This document shows, in pieces, positions 18,846 through 28,844 of a stretch of DNA of 64,000 bases. The stretch lies in NCBI GenBank assembly GCA_913051545.1, contig CAJXCD010000003.1, forward strand, positions 96,341 to 160,340, written 5' to 3'. The notes below the pieces were generated by a model. It searched no databases, was not told the DNA's origin, and was given only the letters and a program-made list of their open reading frames with translations. A program made the translations under genes and the position numbers. This DNA is from an uncultured Chloroflexota bacterium. GTDB taxonomy: Bacteria; Chloroflexota; Dehalococcoidia; Lucifugimonadales; CAJXCD01. Every line of letters begins with the position of its first letter. The stretch's first letter is position 1.

Positions 18846-21617
18846 TCATTTCATCTCCCCCCACATATCCCCTACCTTGATTTCTACTTCCAGTGGAACC
18901 AATAGTTCGATTGCATTGGGCATAAGATCTGAAACCATAACCGTTACATCATGTAACTCTTCCCTCGGGACCTCAAAAATCAATTCATCGTGTACCTGTA
19001 AAATCATCATTGTGTTTAATTTAATTTCATCTATCCGACTCTGAAGACGCAGCATCGCTATCTTCAATATGTCAGCTGCAGTTCCCTGAATTGGCATATT
19101 TACTGCCATTCTTTCGCCTGATGAACGAATATTTCTATTACTAGACTGAGCTTCAAATATATAACGCCTCCTCCCCATTAAAGTTTCAACGTAGCCTCGT
19201 TGGAAAACCTGAGATTTTATCTTTTCAATATAGTCCTTTATCCCAGGGTATTTCCTAAAGTATTCTTCTATAAATCTCTTCCCTTCTTCCATAGTCAATC
19301 CAGTTTGCTTACTGATACCAAATGAACTTAATCCATACAAGACACCAAAATTCATTATTTTAGCCACTCGCCTCATATCTGAATTCACAACATCTGTAGG
19401 TACGTCATATACAGATGCGGCTGTAGCCGTATGTATATCTTGTCCATCTTTGAACGCTGCAATCAGACCAGAATCCTCAGATACATGCGCTAATACACGC
19501 AATTCTATTTGGGAGTAATCAGCCGCCAGTAATGTCCATTCTGGCCTCTTCTCAGCCACAAAAGCATTTCTCACATTTCTCCCTAATTCGGTACGCACTG
19601 GAATATTCTGCACATTAGGTTCGTTGCTTGAAATCCTCCCTGTAGTAGATCCTGTTTGATTGTAACGAGTGTGTATACGATTGGTCTTTTTATTTACCAG
19701 GTCAGGCAAAGAATCAACATACGTAGACTTTATCTTTGACATCTGCCTATATTCTGAAACTCCGTCAAGCAATGTTATCGATCGAGGATCCGGATCATTT
19801 ACAACTCCTTTACTTATCATTTCCTTTATAGTATCCAGAGAGGACGCATCCGTGGAATAATTGCCTTTTTGAGTCCGCTTGGTGTGTGGGAGCTTAAGTT
19901 GAGTGAAAAGGACTTCAGAAAGTTCTTTCGATGAATTCAGGTTGAATTCATATCCTAATAAACTATGTAAATTATTCTCGATGTGAGAAATCTGGGCTCC
20001 CAAAGTTTTCGACATTTTGTTCAGAAGTTTAGAATCTACGTGGACACCATTTAATTGCATCCTTACAAGTACCTGAAATAAAGGCATCTCCAATTCCGTC
20101 ATAACTTTCATCGATCCAGCCTTTTGCAACTCATCAATTAGTTTATCTCTCAGACGAAAAACCGCATTTGCTCTAGCACATGAATATTTTGCAACCACAT
20201 TAATATCTAGATTTGATAAAAGCTTCCGATTCCTGCCAACTCCAGTAATTTCGCTAGAATCTTGTATTTCGATTCCTAAAGCTTTTAATGCCATACTATT
20301 TAGATCACTGGATACCCACCCGCAAAGATGCGCCGCTATACTGGTATCAAAAGTTAAGTTTCTAAATCTAACACCATATTTATATAGTCCCATGTATTGA
20401 TAATTAGCGTTGTGAGTCACCTTAGGGATAATTGAACTTTCTAAAAGGGGCTTAATCTGACTTATAACTAAATCCGATTCTATTTGTGATCCTTCTTGAT
20501 GCCCCACTGGGACATACCATGACTTGCCGGATCCTTTTGAGAAAGATATTCCTGCGAAGCTAGCTTCCATAGGATTTTCACTATCCGTGTCCAAAATAAA
20601 TGAGAATCCGGAAGGTGAATGTAGCTCGGCAACAACTAAATCTAATTTATCGATCGTATCTACAACCTCGTAATTAATATCAACTGAAGGTAATTCCATC
20701 GCCATTTCAGCTTGAGTAAATAGCGAATCATGTGATTTGGGATGTGGAACTTTTTGAACAATACTAAAGAATTCCAATTCCCTTAACGACTCAATTACGT
20801 TAGTACGTTCGAAATTTCCAAATTTCATGTCATCAAAATTTACTTTGATCGGCACATCTCTAACAATAGTGGTTAGAAATTTACTTTGATTGGCTAGTGT
20901 TTGATTCTCACGTAGACTCTGCTGGATTCTAGGCGGGGTGACTTCACTCAAATTCTGGTAGATGCCTTCGATAGAACCATAATCATTCAAAAGTCTAATA
21001 GCGGTTTTTTTGCCAACACCAGGCACTCCAGGAATATTATCAGAAGGATCTCCTTGCAAAGCTTTTATATCAGCAATCGAATCAGGACCAAGACCTTCGT
21101 ATCTATATCTGACTTCTTCTATTCCATAAATGTTCTTTTTATTTGAACCATGAGTCAACAAAACTCGTACAAGAGGCGATACTAACTGTAATTCATCAGT
21201 ATCACCTGTCACCAAAATTGTTTCTACACCTTTCTCTTCAGCAACCCTACACAAGGTACCCAAAATATCATCTGCTTCATAACCCTCCTTTTCAAAGATT
21301 GGTACGCGGAAAGCTTCCATCATCTTGCGAACGTGAGGGAACTGAGCTCTCAATTCAGGTGGTGATGGAGTCCGCTGGGCTTTGTATTCGTCAAATACCT
21401 TATGCCTAAAGGTCGGTTTAGCCATATCAAAAGAAATCGCACAATGAGTAGGATCCCAATCGGACAGCGTACGTAAGAATGTGTTCAAAAAACCATAAAC
21501 ACCACGTACCTCTTCCCCCGTTGCAGTAACATTCATAGGTTGCTGGATACCATACCAAGACCTGTAAACCATGGCGTGGCCATCCATCAAAAGGAGTAGT
21601 GGTTTTCTTACTGCCAT
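18846..21617 (-). CDS. polA: DNA polymerase I
   Basis: 923 aa with a 5' nuclease domain (LVTGDTDELQL), a central exonuclease-like domain, and polymerase motifs DYSQIELRVLAH, RRVAKIMNFGVLYG and QVHDELIFE. Confidence 0.97.
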   Translation of the reverse strand: MAVRKPLLLLMDGHAMVYRSWYGIQQPMNVTATGEEVRGVYGFLNTFLRTLSDWDPTHCAISFDMAKPTFRHKVFDEYKAQRTPSPPELRAQFPHVRKMMEAFRVPIFEKEGYEADDILGTLCRVAEEKGVETILVTGDTDELQLVSPLVRVLLTHGSNKKNIYGIEEVRYRYEGLGPDSIADIKALQGDPSDNIPGVPGVGKKTAIRLLNDYGSIEGIYQNLSEVTPPRIQQSLRENQTLANQSKFLTTIVRDVPIKVNFDDMKFGNFERTNVIESLRELEFFSIVQKVPHPKSHDSLFTQAEMAMELPSVDINYEVVDTIDKLDLVVAELHSPSGFSFILDTDSENPMEASFAGISFSKGSGKSWYVPVGHQEGSQIESDLVISQIKPLLESSIIPKVTHNANYQYMGLYKYGVRFRNLTFDTSIAAHLCGWVSSDLNSMALKALGIEIQDSSEITGVGRNRKLLSNLDINVVAKYSCARANAVFRLRDKLIDELQKAGSMKVMTELEMPLFQVLVRMQLNGVHVDSKLLNKMSKTLGAQISHIENNLHSLLGYEFNLNSSKELSEVLFTQLKLPHTKRTQKGNYSTDASSLDTIKEMISKGVVNDPDPRSITLLDGVSEYRQMSKIKSTYVDSLPDLVNKKTNRIHTRYNQTGSTTGRISSNEPNVQNIPVRTELGRNVRNAFVAEKRPEWTLLAADYSQIELRVLAHVSEDSGLIAAFKDGQDIHTATAASVYDVPTDVVNSDMRRVAKIMNFGVLYGLSSFGISKQTGLTMEEGKRFIEEYFRKYPGIKDYIEKIKSQVFQRGYVETLMGRRRYIFEAQSSNRNIRSSGERMAVNMPIQGTAADILKIAMLRLQSRIDEIKLNTMMILQVHDELIFEVPREELHDVTVMVSDLMPNAIELLVPLEVEIKVGDMWGEMK

Positions 21618-21753
21618 TCAAAACTCCTTCCTTCACCTTAAAACATATGCCACTGCCGCCAAATCAGAACATACACCAATAACAGTACTAAATATCCTAC
21701 TAAATCAATAAACTCGGACATTTATTCCACCACATCAATCGAAGGTCACTATC

Positions 21754-23175
21754 CTATAACTCAATGAGTGTTGCTACGTCATCCAACAATTGCTTCGATG
21801 ATTCTAATGAATCTGCTTCAGCATAGATTCTTAGTATAGGCTCTGTTCCAGAAAAGCGAACCATAGCCCAATATCCTTCTTGCAGTTCGTAACGTAATCC
21901 GTCTCTATTATCCACATGGCTCACAAGTTTCCCACCTAGGTGTGATGGACGTACTGTAGATAGCCTATCCTCTATAGCTGTACGCTTTACCGGATCAAAT
22001 TTAATATCTGACCTGCAATAATAATGCGGGCCAATCTTCTGCCTTAAATCTAATAAAAGTTCTGAAATATTCTTACCTGTTCTAACCATCATATCTAGTA
22101 ACATCAATCCGCTGAGAATACCATCTCTTTCTGGAATATTTCCTTGGAATGCATATCCGCCACTTTCTTCCCCTGCCAACAAAGCATCTTTCTCAACCAT
22201 TACGGGACCTAAGTGTTTAAATCCAACTGGAGTATCAAAAACCGGTACATCATAAAGTTCACCCAACTTATCAACCATACTAGTCATGGTGATCGACCTG
22301 ACTAACGGGCCACGTAAGCCTAGAACCTCAAGATGATGCAGGCATAGCAATGCAAACACATCAAGTGTGGTTACGAATTCACCATTTTCATCCACCACAC
22401 CTAATCGATCAGCATCACCATCTGTCGCAAGGCCAACATCCGCATTTTGACTCTTTACGGTAAACTTAAGATTAGCTAGGTTATGGCCCAATGGTTCTGG
22501 TTGTAACATACCTGGAAACGCAGGGTTTATGTCACTGCGCATTTCAATAATCTCGGCTGTTAGCCCTGATAATAATTTATTCAAATAACCAGATCCTGCA
22601 CCATGCATCGAATCAACGACTACCTTCAATCCAGACTTCCTTATCATCTCAATATCTATAATATTTTGTATGTGACTCATGTAAGCAATTTCAGGATTAA
22701 ATTCCTCTAGCAATCCTTTTGATTTCGCTTCCTCTAAATCCATCCTGTTTACCTCACCAGTCATCTCAACTTCCCTTATATGAGATTCAAGTCGTGATAC
22801 TACCTCTGGAGTCGCACTACCTCCATAATCAGGTTTGAATTTATACCCATTCCAATCAGCAGCATTATGACTAGCCGTGATAACCACGCCCCCTCCGGCA
22901 TTTCTATTCACTATGTTGTAGCTTATGACGGGAGTAGGTACTACTCTATCTGACAACAAAATTTTTATGCCATTGCCAGACATTACTTCAGCAACAGAAC
23001 GAGCAAATTTTTCAGAAGAAAAACGGGAGTCGTATCCAATCAAAAATTTCTTTTTGTCTAACCCTTGCTGCTTCAATAAAAGAGCGGTACCTTGTGAGCA
23101 AAAACGCACATTATCAAATGTGTATTGTTCACCAATTATTGCTCTCCAACCATCTGTTCCAAATTTTATTGCCAT
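21754..23175 (-). CDS. phosphoglucomutase/phosphomannomutase family protein
   Basis: 473 aa with the active-site serine loop VVITASHNAADWNGYKF and the Mg-binding loop GLATDGDADR. Confidence 0.9.
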   Translation of the reverse strand: MAIKFGTDGWRAIIGEQYTFDNVRFCSQGTALLLKQQGLDKKKFLIGYDSRFSSEKFARSVAEVMSGNGIKILLSDRVVPTPVISYNIVNRNAGGGVVITASHNAADWNGYKFKPDYGGSATPEVVSRLESHIREVEMTGEVNRMDLEEAKSKGLLEEFNPEIAYMSHIQNIIDIEMIRKSGLKVVVDSMHGAGSGYLNKLLSGLTAEIIEMRSDINPAFPGMLQPEPLGHNLANLKFTVKSQNADVGLATDGDADRLGVVDENGEFVTTLDVFALLCLHHLEVLGLRGPLVRSITMTSMVDKLGELYDVPVFDTPVGFKHLGPVMVEKDALLAGEESGGYAFQGNIPERDGILSGLMLLDMMVRTGKNISELLLDLRQKIGPHYYCRSDIKFDPVKRTAIEDRLSTVRPSHLGGKLVSHVDNRDGLRYELQEGYWAMVRFSGTEPILRIYAEADSLESSKQLLDDVATLIEL

Positions 23176-23449
23176 TGATATTCTCTATTTGATAAATCTG
23201 AAAATGTACTAGGGTTTTCGATTATTACGTATCTAAAAATTGTCGCCATAAAAATGATGTCTTCGGTAAACATATCACAACTCTTCGAATACAGAGCATC
23301 TTACCACGTGACTCCTACTTTTCATGGAAAATATCCCTAGAGGTTAATCACACTTAGCCATATTTAAATAACTAACATCCAGCAACGCAATTTTTCACCC
23401 GATAAATCTAGTACGTAAAAATATACGTTACTATGAGTTAAATTCATTA

Positions 23450-23478
23450 TTTACAAGGCACAACTTAGAAATTAATTT
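23450..23478 (+). promoter_or_regulatory. candidate promoter for ilvD, overlapped by an 18-nt perfect palindrome
   Basis: TTTACA (23450-23455), a 17-nt spacer, then TAATTT (23473-23478). The palindrome TTAGAAATTAATTTCTAA (23465-23482) covers the spacer and -10. Confidence 0.3.
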
Positions 23479-23513
23479 CTAACAATATAAGTTTGTACTC
23501 CTATCATTTAGAC

Positions 23514-23612
23514 ATGTTTTACATTATCCTATCCGTAATTCCCAGTATACGAATCAATGTGAAAGTACGTTGTGTATTCGAATATCCCAATGTTAAAAGG
23601 TGCAAAGTATGA
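23514..23612 (+). promoter_or_regulatory. candidate 32-codon Ile/Val-rich leader ORF overlapping the ilvD start
   Basis: My translation is [32 protein letters not shown] (5 Ile, 6 Val, 1 Leu). Its TGA (23610-23612) overlaps the ilvD ATG (23609-23611) as ATGA. No clear SD precedes it. Confidence 0.25.
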
Positions 23613-25294
23613 CTGTAAACAATAAGAAAAATATTAAAAAGAAAAGCTTTGTAGTAACTGATGGTCCTGATAGGGCTCCTGCAAGAGCAATGCTAAGGGC
23701 TGTAGGATTAAACGATGAAGACATGGAAAAACCATTTGTAGCAATAGGTAATTTGGCTAGTGACGTTACTCCTTGTAACGTTCATTTAGACAGGATTGCA
23801 AAAAGAGTTAAAACTGGAGTCAGAGATTCTAACTCCGTACCGTTCCTATTCGGCACAATCACTATCAGCGACGGTATTTCGATGGGTACGGAAGGAATGA
23901 AAGCCTCACTTGTAAGTCGTGAAGTAATTGCAGACTCCATTGAAACTGTCACTTTTGGCGAAAGTATGGATGGACTAATAGTTGTGGCCGCATGCGACAA
24001 GAATATGCCAGGAGCTCTCATGGCAATGGCCAGGTTAAACGTACCATCTCTATTCGTATATGGCGGAGCAATCAAACCCGGAAATTTCAAAGGAGAAGAC
24101 GTTAATATACAGGACGTGTTTGAAGCAGTAGGCTCTCACTCCCAAGGCAAAATGTCCTTAGAAGATCTCTTAGGAATGGAGCGTGTTGCATGCCCTGGAG
24201 AAGGAGCATGTTCAGGTATGTTCACCGCTAACACAATGGCTTCTGCTATAGAAGCACTTGGAATGTCTGCCCCTGGGACAGCATCCATACCGGCGATAGA
24301 CAAACGGCTAGAAGACCAAGCATATTTTGCAGGAACCATCTTATATAACCTTTTAGAAAAGGACATAAAACCACGAGACATAATGACACGTGAGGCATTT
24401 GAAAATGCAATGACCGTAGTGTTAGCAATGGGAGGATCTACTAACGCAGTATTGCACTTACTGGCTATAGCACATGAAGCAGAAGTAAAACTAACAATAG
24501 ACGACTTTGACGCCATGAGCAGGAAAACCCCCTACATCACAGACCTTCGCCCAGGCGGCAAATATGTGATGTCTGACGTCGATAAGGCAGGGGGACTAAA
24601 GGTAGTAATGAAAGAACTTTTAAATGCCGGTCTTCTGCATGGAGACACATTGACTGTAACAGGAAAATCACTCGCTGAAAATTTAGCTGATTTCCAAATA
24701 GCACCTGATAACAAAGTTGTATATCCAGTTTCGTCACCTCGTAGCCCAACAGGAGGCCTCGTAATACTTAAAGGTAATCTGGCCCCTGAAGGCGCCGTAA
24801 TGAAAGTTGCTAGTACAAAACATATGAAGCATGAAGGGCCAGCAAAAGTATTCAATGGAGAAAGAGCAACTTTTGAAGCAGTGACTAACGGTGAAGTCAA
24901 ATCGGGAGACGTGGTAGTTATACGATACGAAGGTCCAAAAGGTGGTCCAGGCATGCAAGAAATGCTATCTGTAACAGGCGCTCTGTCTGGTAGAGGCCTT
25001 GGGGAATCAGTGCTGTTGATGACGGACGGTAGATTTTCTGGAGCAAGCCGCGGCGCATCGATAGGACACGTCGCTCCCGAAGCAGCGGTGGGAGGCCCTA
25101 TAGCTCTAGTAGAAAATAACGATATTATTGTAATGGATGTGGAAAAAAGAGAATTGAGCGTGAAGCTGTCAGAAGAGGAATTTATAGATCGTCGCAAAAA
25201 ATGGTCTCCACCAGACCCAACCTATGTATCTGGAGTTATGGCAAAGTATGCCAAACTTGTGTCGTCGGCTTCTAACGGAGCCGTAACTACGTGA
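23609..25294 (+). CDS. ilvD: dihydroxy-acid dehydratase
   Basis: Fe-S ligand motifs CDKNMPG and [12 protein letters not shown] are present, with family-typical length. I chose the ATG at 23609 (AAAAGG SD 8 nt upstream) over the GTG at 23600. Confidence 0.95.
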   Translation: MTVNNKKNIKKKSFVVTDGPDRAPARAMLRAVGLNDEDMEKPFVAIGNLASDVTPCNVHLDRIAKRVKTGVRDSNSVPFLFGTITISDGISMGTEGMKASLVSREVIADSIETVTFGESMDGLIVVAACDKNMPGALMAMARLNVPSLFVYGGAIKPGNFKGEDVNIQDVFEAVGSHSQGKMSLEDLLGMERVACPGEGACSGMFTANTMASAIEALGMSAPGTASIPAIDKRLEDQAYFAGTILYNLLEKDIKPRDIMTREAFENAMTVVLAMGGSTNAVLHLLAIAHEAEVKLTIDDFDAMSRKTPYITDLRPGGKYVMSDVDKAGGLKVVMKELLNAGLLHGDTLTVTGKSLAENLADFQIAPDNKVVYPVSSPRSPTGGLVILKGNLAPEGAVMKVASTKHMKHEGPAKVFNGERATFEAVTNGEVKSGDVVVIRYEGPKGGPGMQEMLSVTGALSGRGLGESVLLMTDGRFSGASRGASIGHVAPEAAVGGPIALVENNDIIVMDVEKRELSVKLSEEEFIDRRKKWSPPDPTYVSGVMAKYAKLVSSASNGAVTT

Positions 25295-25485
25295 TTAATT
25301 AAAATTATAAGTTGATTATTGTCACCCGGTACCTACAACACACTCTGGTTTTCAGTTCCCAAGTGAACAGTTACATCCATTTCACTTAGGGACATCAATA
25401 GATATTATATCTAAACACACTTCTTATATACATAACCGTCATGGTATAGTCGACCTTTACAGTATATTCATATAGGAGCAACCGG

Positions 25486-25971
25486 TTGATTATAGGCGTG
25501 ATAGGAGCAGGAGAACCCACTCCAGAAATTTACTCTCTTGCCGAAACTGTTGGAGAAGAACTAGGGAAGAGAGGCGTAACCCTAGTGTGTGGTGGACTCG
25601 GAGGAGTTATGGAAGCAGCCTGTAGGGGTGCAAAAAAAGCAGGTGGAACCACTATTGGAGTACTTCCCGGAAATGATAAATCATCGGCTAATCCGTGGGT
25701 AGATGTAACTATCCCTACCGGTATGGGACATAGTAGAAACGTTATCATAGTTAAGACAGCGGAAGTCATAATCGCTGTAGGAGGTGCTTACGGTACACTT
25801 TCTGAAATAGGCCATTCACTAGCTGAACAAGTTCCTGTAGTTGGTCTCAAGACCTGGGAAATTTTCAGAGAAGGACAGAAAGACAAATCCATAACTATAG
25901 CTGAATCTCCATCCGATGCTGTTGAAAAGGCTATGAATATGCTAAATGAAAGTAATATTGTTAAAAAATAA
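25486..25971 (+). CDS. TIGR00725 / LOG-like (SLOG) family protein
   Basis: 161 aa with IGVIGAG...VCGGLGGVMEAACRGA...GTLSE, the Rossmann-like LOG/DprA-type pattern. TTG start with an AGGAG SD. Confidence 0.8.
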   Translation: MIIGVIGAGEPTPEIYSLAETVGEELGKRGVTLVCGGLGGVMEAACRGAKKAGGTTIGVLPGNDKSSANPWVDVTIPTGMGHSRNVIIVKTAEVIIAVGGAYGTLSEIGHSLAEQVPVVGLKTWEIFREGQKDKSITIAESPSDAVEKAMNMLNESNIVKK

Positions 25972-26012
25972 TTTTGATCTACGCCTACAAATAATCTGAT
26001 ACGGAAAATAAA

Positions 26013-27320
26013 TTGACTACTATACGCGACGTCAAGGCCAGAGAGATACTCGATTCGCGGGGCAACCCGACCCTCGAAGTAGACATTTTACTGGAAGATG
26101 GCATTCTGGGGCGTGCGTCAGTACCATCAGGAGCAAGTACTGGATCAAGGGAATCACTGGAGCTGCGAGATAATGATCCTGCAAGATATGGAGGAATGGG
26201 AGTTGAGAGATCCATCGATAACATTCTAAACAAAATAGCCCCCGCTATTAAAGGCCTGTGTGCAAATAACCAAAGTCACATTGATAATTTAATGATTCAG
26301 TTAGATGCAACTCATGATAGATCTAGACTAGGTGCAAATACAATTCTAGCAGTTTCACTAGCTACGGCACACGCATCAGCAAAAGCTCTAAACCTACCAC
26401 TATTCAGATGTTTACATAGATCACCTTCTAATATCCTGCCTACACCCATGTTTAATGTATTAAATGGTGGCAAGCATGCAGTAAATTCAACGGATGTACA
26501 AGAATTTATGGTTGTTCCCGCAGGACTATCTTCATTCAGAGATGCTGTACGAGCCGGTTCAGAAATTTTTCATTCATTAAAGCGTTTAATGAGTGAAAAA
26601 GGACTGAGTACGACTGTAGGTGACGAAGGAGGTTTTGCCCTATCAAAGTCGTCCAATGAGCTCGCCATAGAATTAATTTTGCAATCGATTGAGAATGCAG
26701 GTTATTCACCGGGACAACAGTGCTATATAGCTATGGACATTGCGGCTAGTGAACTTACAGTAAACCATGGTAAGACATACAGAATTTCGAGCGAGCAAAA
26801 AGACATCACTTCTCATAGCATTATTGACATGTATAAATCTTGGGTATCAAACTATCCAATTATTAGCATTGAAGATGGACTGGATGAAGATGATTGGGAA
26901 GGATGGATGGAACTCACCTCGATACTAGGTGACAGGATTCAATTAATAGGTGATGACATATATGCTACAAGATTAGAACTTCTGAATAATGGGATACGAA
27001 AGAATGCCAGCAATGCTATTTTAGTCAAACCTAATCAAATAGGAACCATAACCGAAACCTTAGAAGTAATAGAAACTGCTACATCGGCAAAATGGGGAAC
27101 GATCGTAAGTCATAGATCAGGAGAAACAGAAGACACGACTATAGCAGACATTGCTGTATCAACAGCTGCTAGACAGATAAAAGCAGGGGCACCTTCAAGA
27201 GGGGAAAGAACTGCAAAATATAATCGACTACTCAGAATCGAAGAATCTCTCGGTTCCGAAGCAATATTTGCAGGCAACACACCTTACGCACAATTCTTGG
27301 AAAAACAACATTATGACTAA
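26013..27320 (+). CDS. eno: enolase (phosphopyruvate hydratase)
   Basis: The N-terminus ILDSRGNPTLEVD, SVPSGASTGSRESLELRD, ILVKPNQIGT and SHRSGETED are all enolase motifs. TTG start. Confidence 0.95.
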   Translation: MTTIRDVKAREILDSRGNPTLEVDILLEDGILGRASVPSGASTGSRESLELRDNDPARYGGMGVERSIDNILNKIAPAIKGLCANNQSHIDNLMIQLDATHDRSRLGANTILAVSLATAHASAKALNLPLFRCLHRSPSNILPTPMFNVLNGGKHAVNSTDVQEFMVVPAGLSSFRDAVRAGSEIFHSLKRLMSEKGLSTTVGDEGGFALSKSSNELAIELILQSIENAGYSPGQQCYIAMDIAASELTVNHGKTYRISSEQKDITSHSIIDMYKSWVSNYPIISIEDGLDEDDWEGWMELTSILGDRIQLIGDDIYATRLELLNNGIRKNASNAILVKPNQIGTITETLEVIETATSAKWGTIVSHRSGETEDTTIADIAVSTAARQIKAGAPSRGERTAKYNRLLRIEESLGSEAIFAGNTPYAQFLEKQHYD

Positions 27321-27474
27321 TTCTGATAGATATCTGCATAAAAAAATTAATTCCACCTCAGAAATAGTTTCAATAAATTATTCTTTGTACGGTATTCGCC
27401 TGTACACCACGATTGAATCTTGAAAACATATACACTTTTGGCAAGACATGTACTTTTAATCGGGAGATTTCATT

Positions 27475-28434
27475 TTGAAAATTGAAGATGTGACCATTCT
27501 GGGATCCGGTGCCGCTGGTAGCACCGCAGCACTTTACGCCGCACGTGCAAACTTGGATCCCTTAGTCATTGAAGGTTCCACACCTGGCGGACAACTCACT
27601 ATCACGACCGATGTAGAAAATTATCCAGGGTTCGTGGATGGAGTCCAAGGACCTGATCTAATGATGATTTTCAAAGATCAGGCAATGAAATTTGGTGCCA
27701 GATATGAAATTGGACATGTAACATCCGTTGATCTAGACAACAGACCATTCAAAATTACCATCGATGAAGTGAATACTATACATACACAAACTATTATTAT
27801 AGCTACCGGTGCTACAGCTAAATTGTTAGGGTTAGAATCCGAAAGCAGGCTAATGGGCAGGGGTGTTTCTGCTTGCGCTACATGTGACGGGTTTTTCTTT
27901 AAAGATAAGGAGGTTGTGGTGGTAGGAGGTGGTGATACAGCTGTGGAAGAATCATTATTCCTAACGAAGTATGCATCTAAGGTATTCTTAGTACATAGAA
28001 GGGACCAACTTAGAGCGTCTAATATTCTTCAGGACAGGGCTCAGTCTAACGATAAAATTCAATTTATATGGAATACAATAGTGAATGATATAAATGGAGT
28101 AGAAGGCAATGAAGTCACGGGGGTGACACTGCAGGATATATCAACCGGGGAAACGACCCATAAACCTATCGACGGAGTATTCATAGCAATAGGTCATACA
28201 CCAAATAGCCAGCTCTTTCACGGAAAAATTGATACGGATGAAAACGGTTACATAAGAACCTTAAATGGTTCCGGAACCAATATAGAAGGTGTTTTTGCTT
28301 GTGGAGATGTCCAAGATCCGATATACCGTCAGGCGGTCACAGCAGCTGGAACAGGATGTATGGCTGCTATAGATGCCGAAAGATTTTTATCATCTAAAGA
28401 GTTTGAGTCCTTGAAAGAAACCTCCAATATATAG
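27475..28434 (+). CDS. trxB: thioredoxin-disulfide reductase
   Basis: 319 aa with FAD motif GSGAAGSTAALYAAR, redox centre CATCDG and NADPH motif VVGGGDTAVEE. TTG start with a GGGAG SD. Confidence 0.93.
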   Translation: MKIEDVTILGSGAAGSTAALYAARANLDPLVIEGSTPGGQLTITTDVENYPGFVDGVQGPDLMMIFKDQAMKFGARYEIGHVTSVDLDNRPFKITIDEVNTIHTQTIIIATGATAKLLGLESESRLMGRGVSACATCDGFFFKDKEVVVVGGGDTAVEESLFLTKYASKVFLVHRRDQLRASNILQDRAQSNDKIQFIWNTIVNDINGVEGNEVTGVTLQDISTGETTHKPIDGVFIAIGHTPNSQLFHGKIDTDENGYIRTLNGSGTNIEGVFACGDVQDPIYRQAVTAAGTGCMAAIDAERFLSSKEFESLKETSNI

Positions 28435-28456
28435 AATCTATAAGAGATAGCAGGAC

Positions 28457-28738
28457 GTGACAGCAAAGCATCGTCTAGAAATAGAGTATTGCACACAGTG
28501 TCGGTGGATGATACGGGCGGCTTGGGTAGCCCAAGAATTATTGTCCACTTTCGAATCAGAGCTATTAGAAGTAGCTCTGATTCCGGGAAAATCAGGTATC
28601 TTCGAGGTGCGGATAGGCAATGATGTGATTTGGGCACTCAGTTCAGAATCTAGATTCCCGCAACCCAAAGAACTCAAGCAGAGAGTAAGAGACAAGGTTG
28701 ACCCCGACAGAAAAATGGGACATACAGACAAGAGATAA
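28457..28738 (+). CDS. Rdx (SelW/SelT/SelH-like) family redox protein, Cys form
   Basis: 93 aa with N-terminal IEYCTQCRW, a CxxC at the position of the CxxU/CxxC redox motif in the Rdx family. It starts 22 nt after trxB. Confidence 0.75.
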   Translation: MTAKHRLEIEYCTQCRWMIRAAWVAQELLSTFESELLEVALIPGKSGIFEVRIGNDVIWALSSESRFPQPKELKQRVRDKVDPDRKMGHTDKR

Positions 28739-28844
28739 CTGATTTAACTCCAATATATATCATCCTTAAGTGGAGGTTATTGTACAATTCAGTGATCACA
28801 AGCATTGATGAAAAATACAAATCCGTTGGTGTTCTTAAGTAATC

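Noticed and set aside
23411-23431. The imperfect palindrome TAGTACGTAAAAATATACGTTACTA in the pgm-ilvD spacer.
   Set aside because: The two arms differ by an indel, and AT-rich spacers produce many such near-palindromes. Only the perfect 18-nt palindrome at 23465-23482 seemed worth reporting.
24532-25197. A 221-aa ORF antisense to ilvD, with similar long antisense ORFs at 16895-17398, 29645-30109, 37670-38065, 8427-8825 and 24136-24516.
   Set aside because: All lie entirely inside strongly supported genes on the opposite strand. Their products have low-complexity Ser/Pro/Thr/Ala-rich composition typical of shadow frames, and none has its own SD or a family motif.
28772-28842. A GGAGG followed by a 20-codon TTG-initiated micro-ORF (MYNSVITSIDEKYKSVGVLK) that ends 2 nt before the first FtsX gene.
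   Set aside because: The SD-to-TTG spacing is only 3 nt, the peptide has no distinguishing features, and there is no independent support. I note it only as a possible translational-coupling element.
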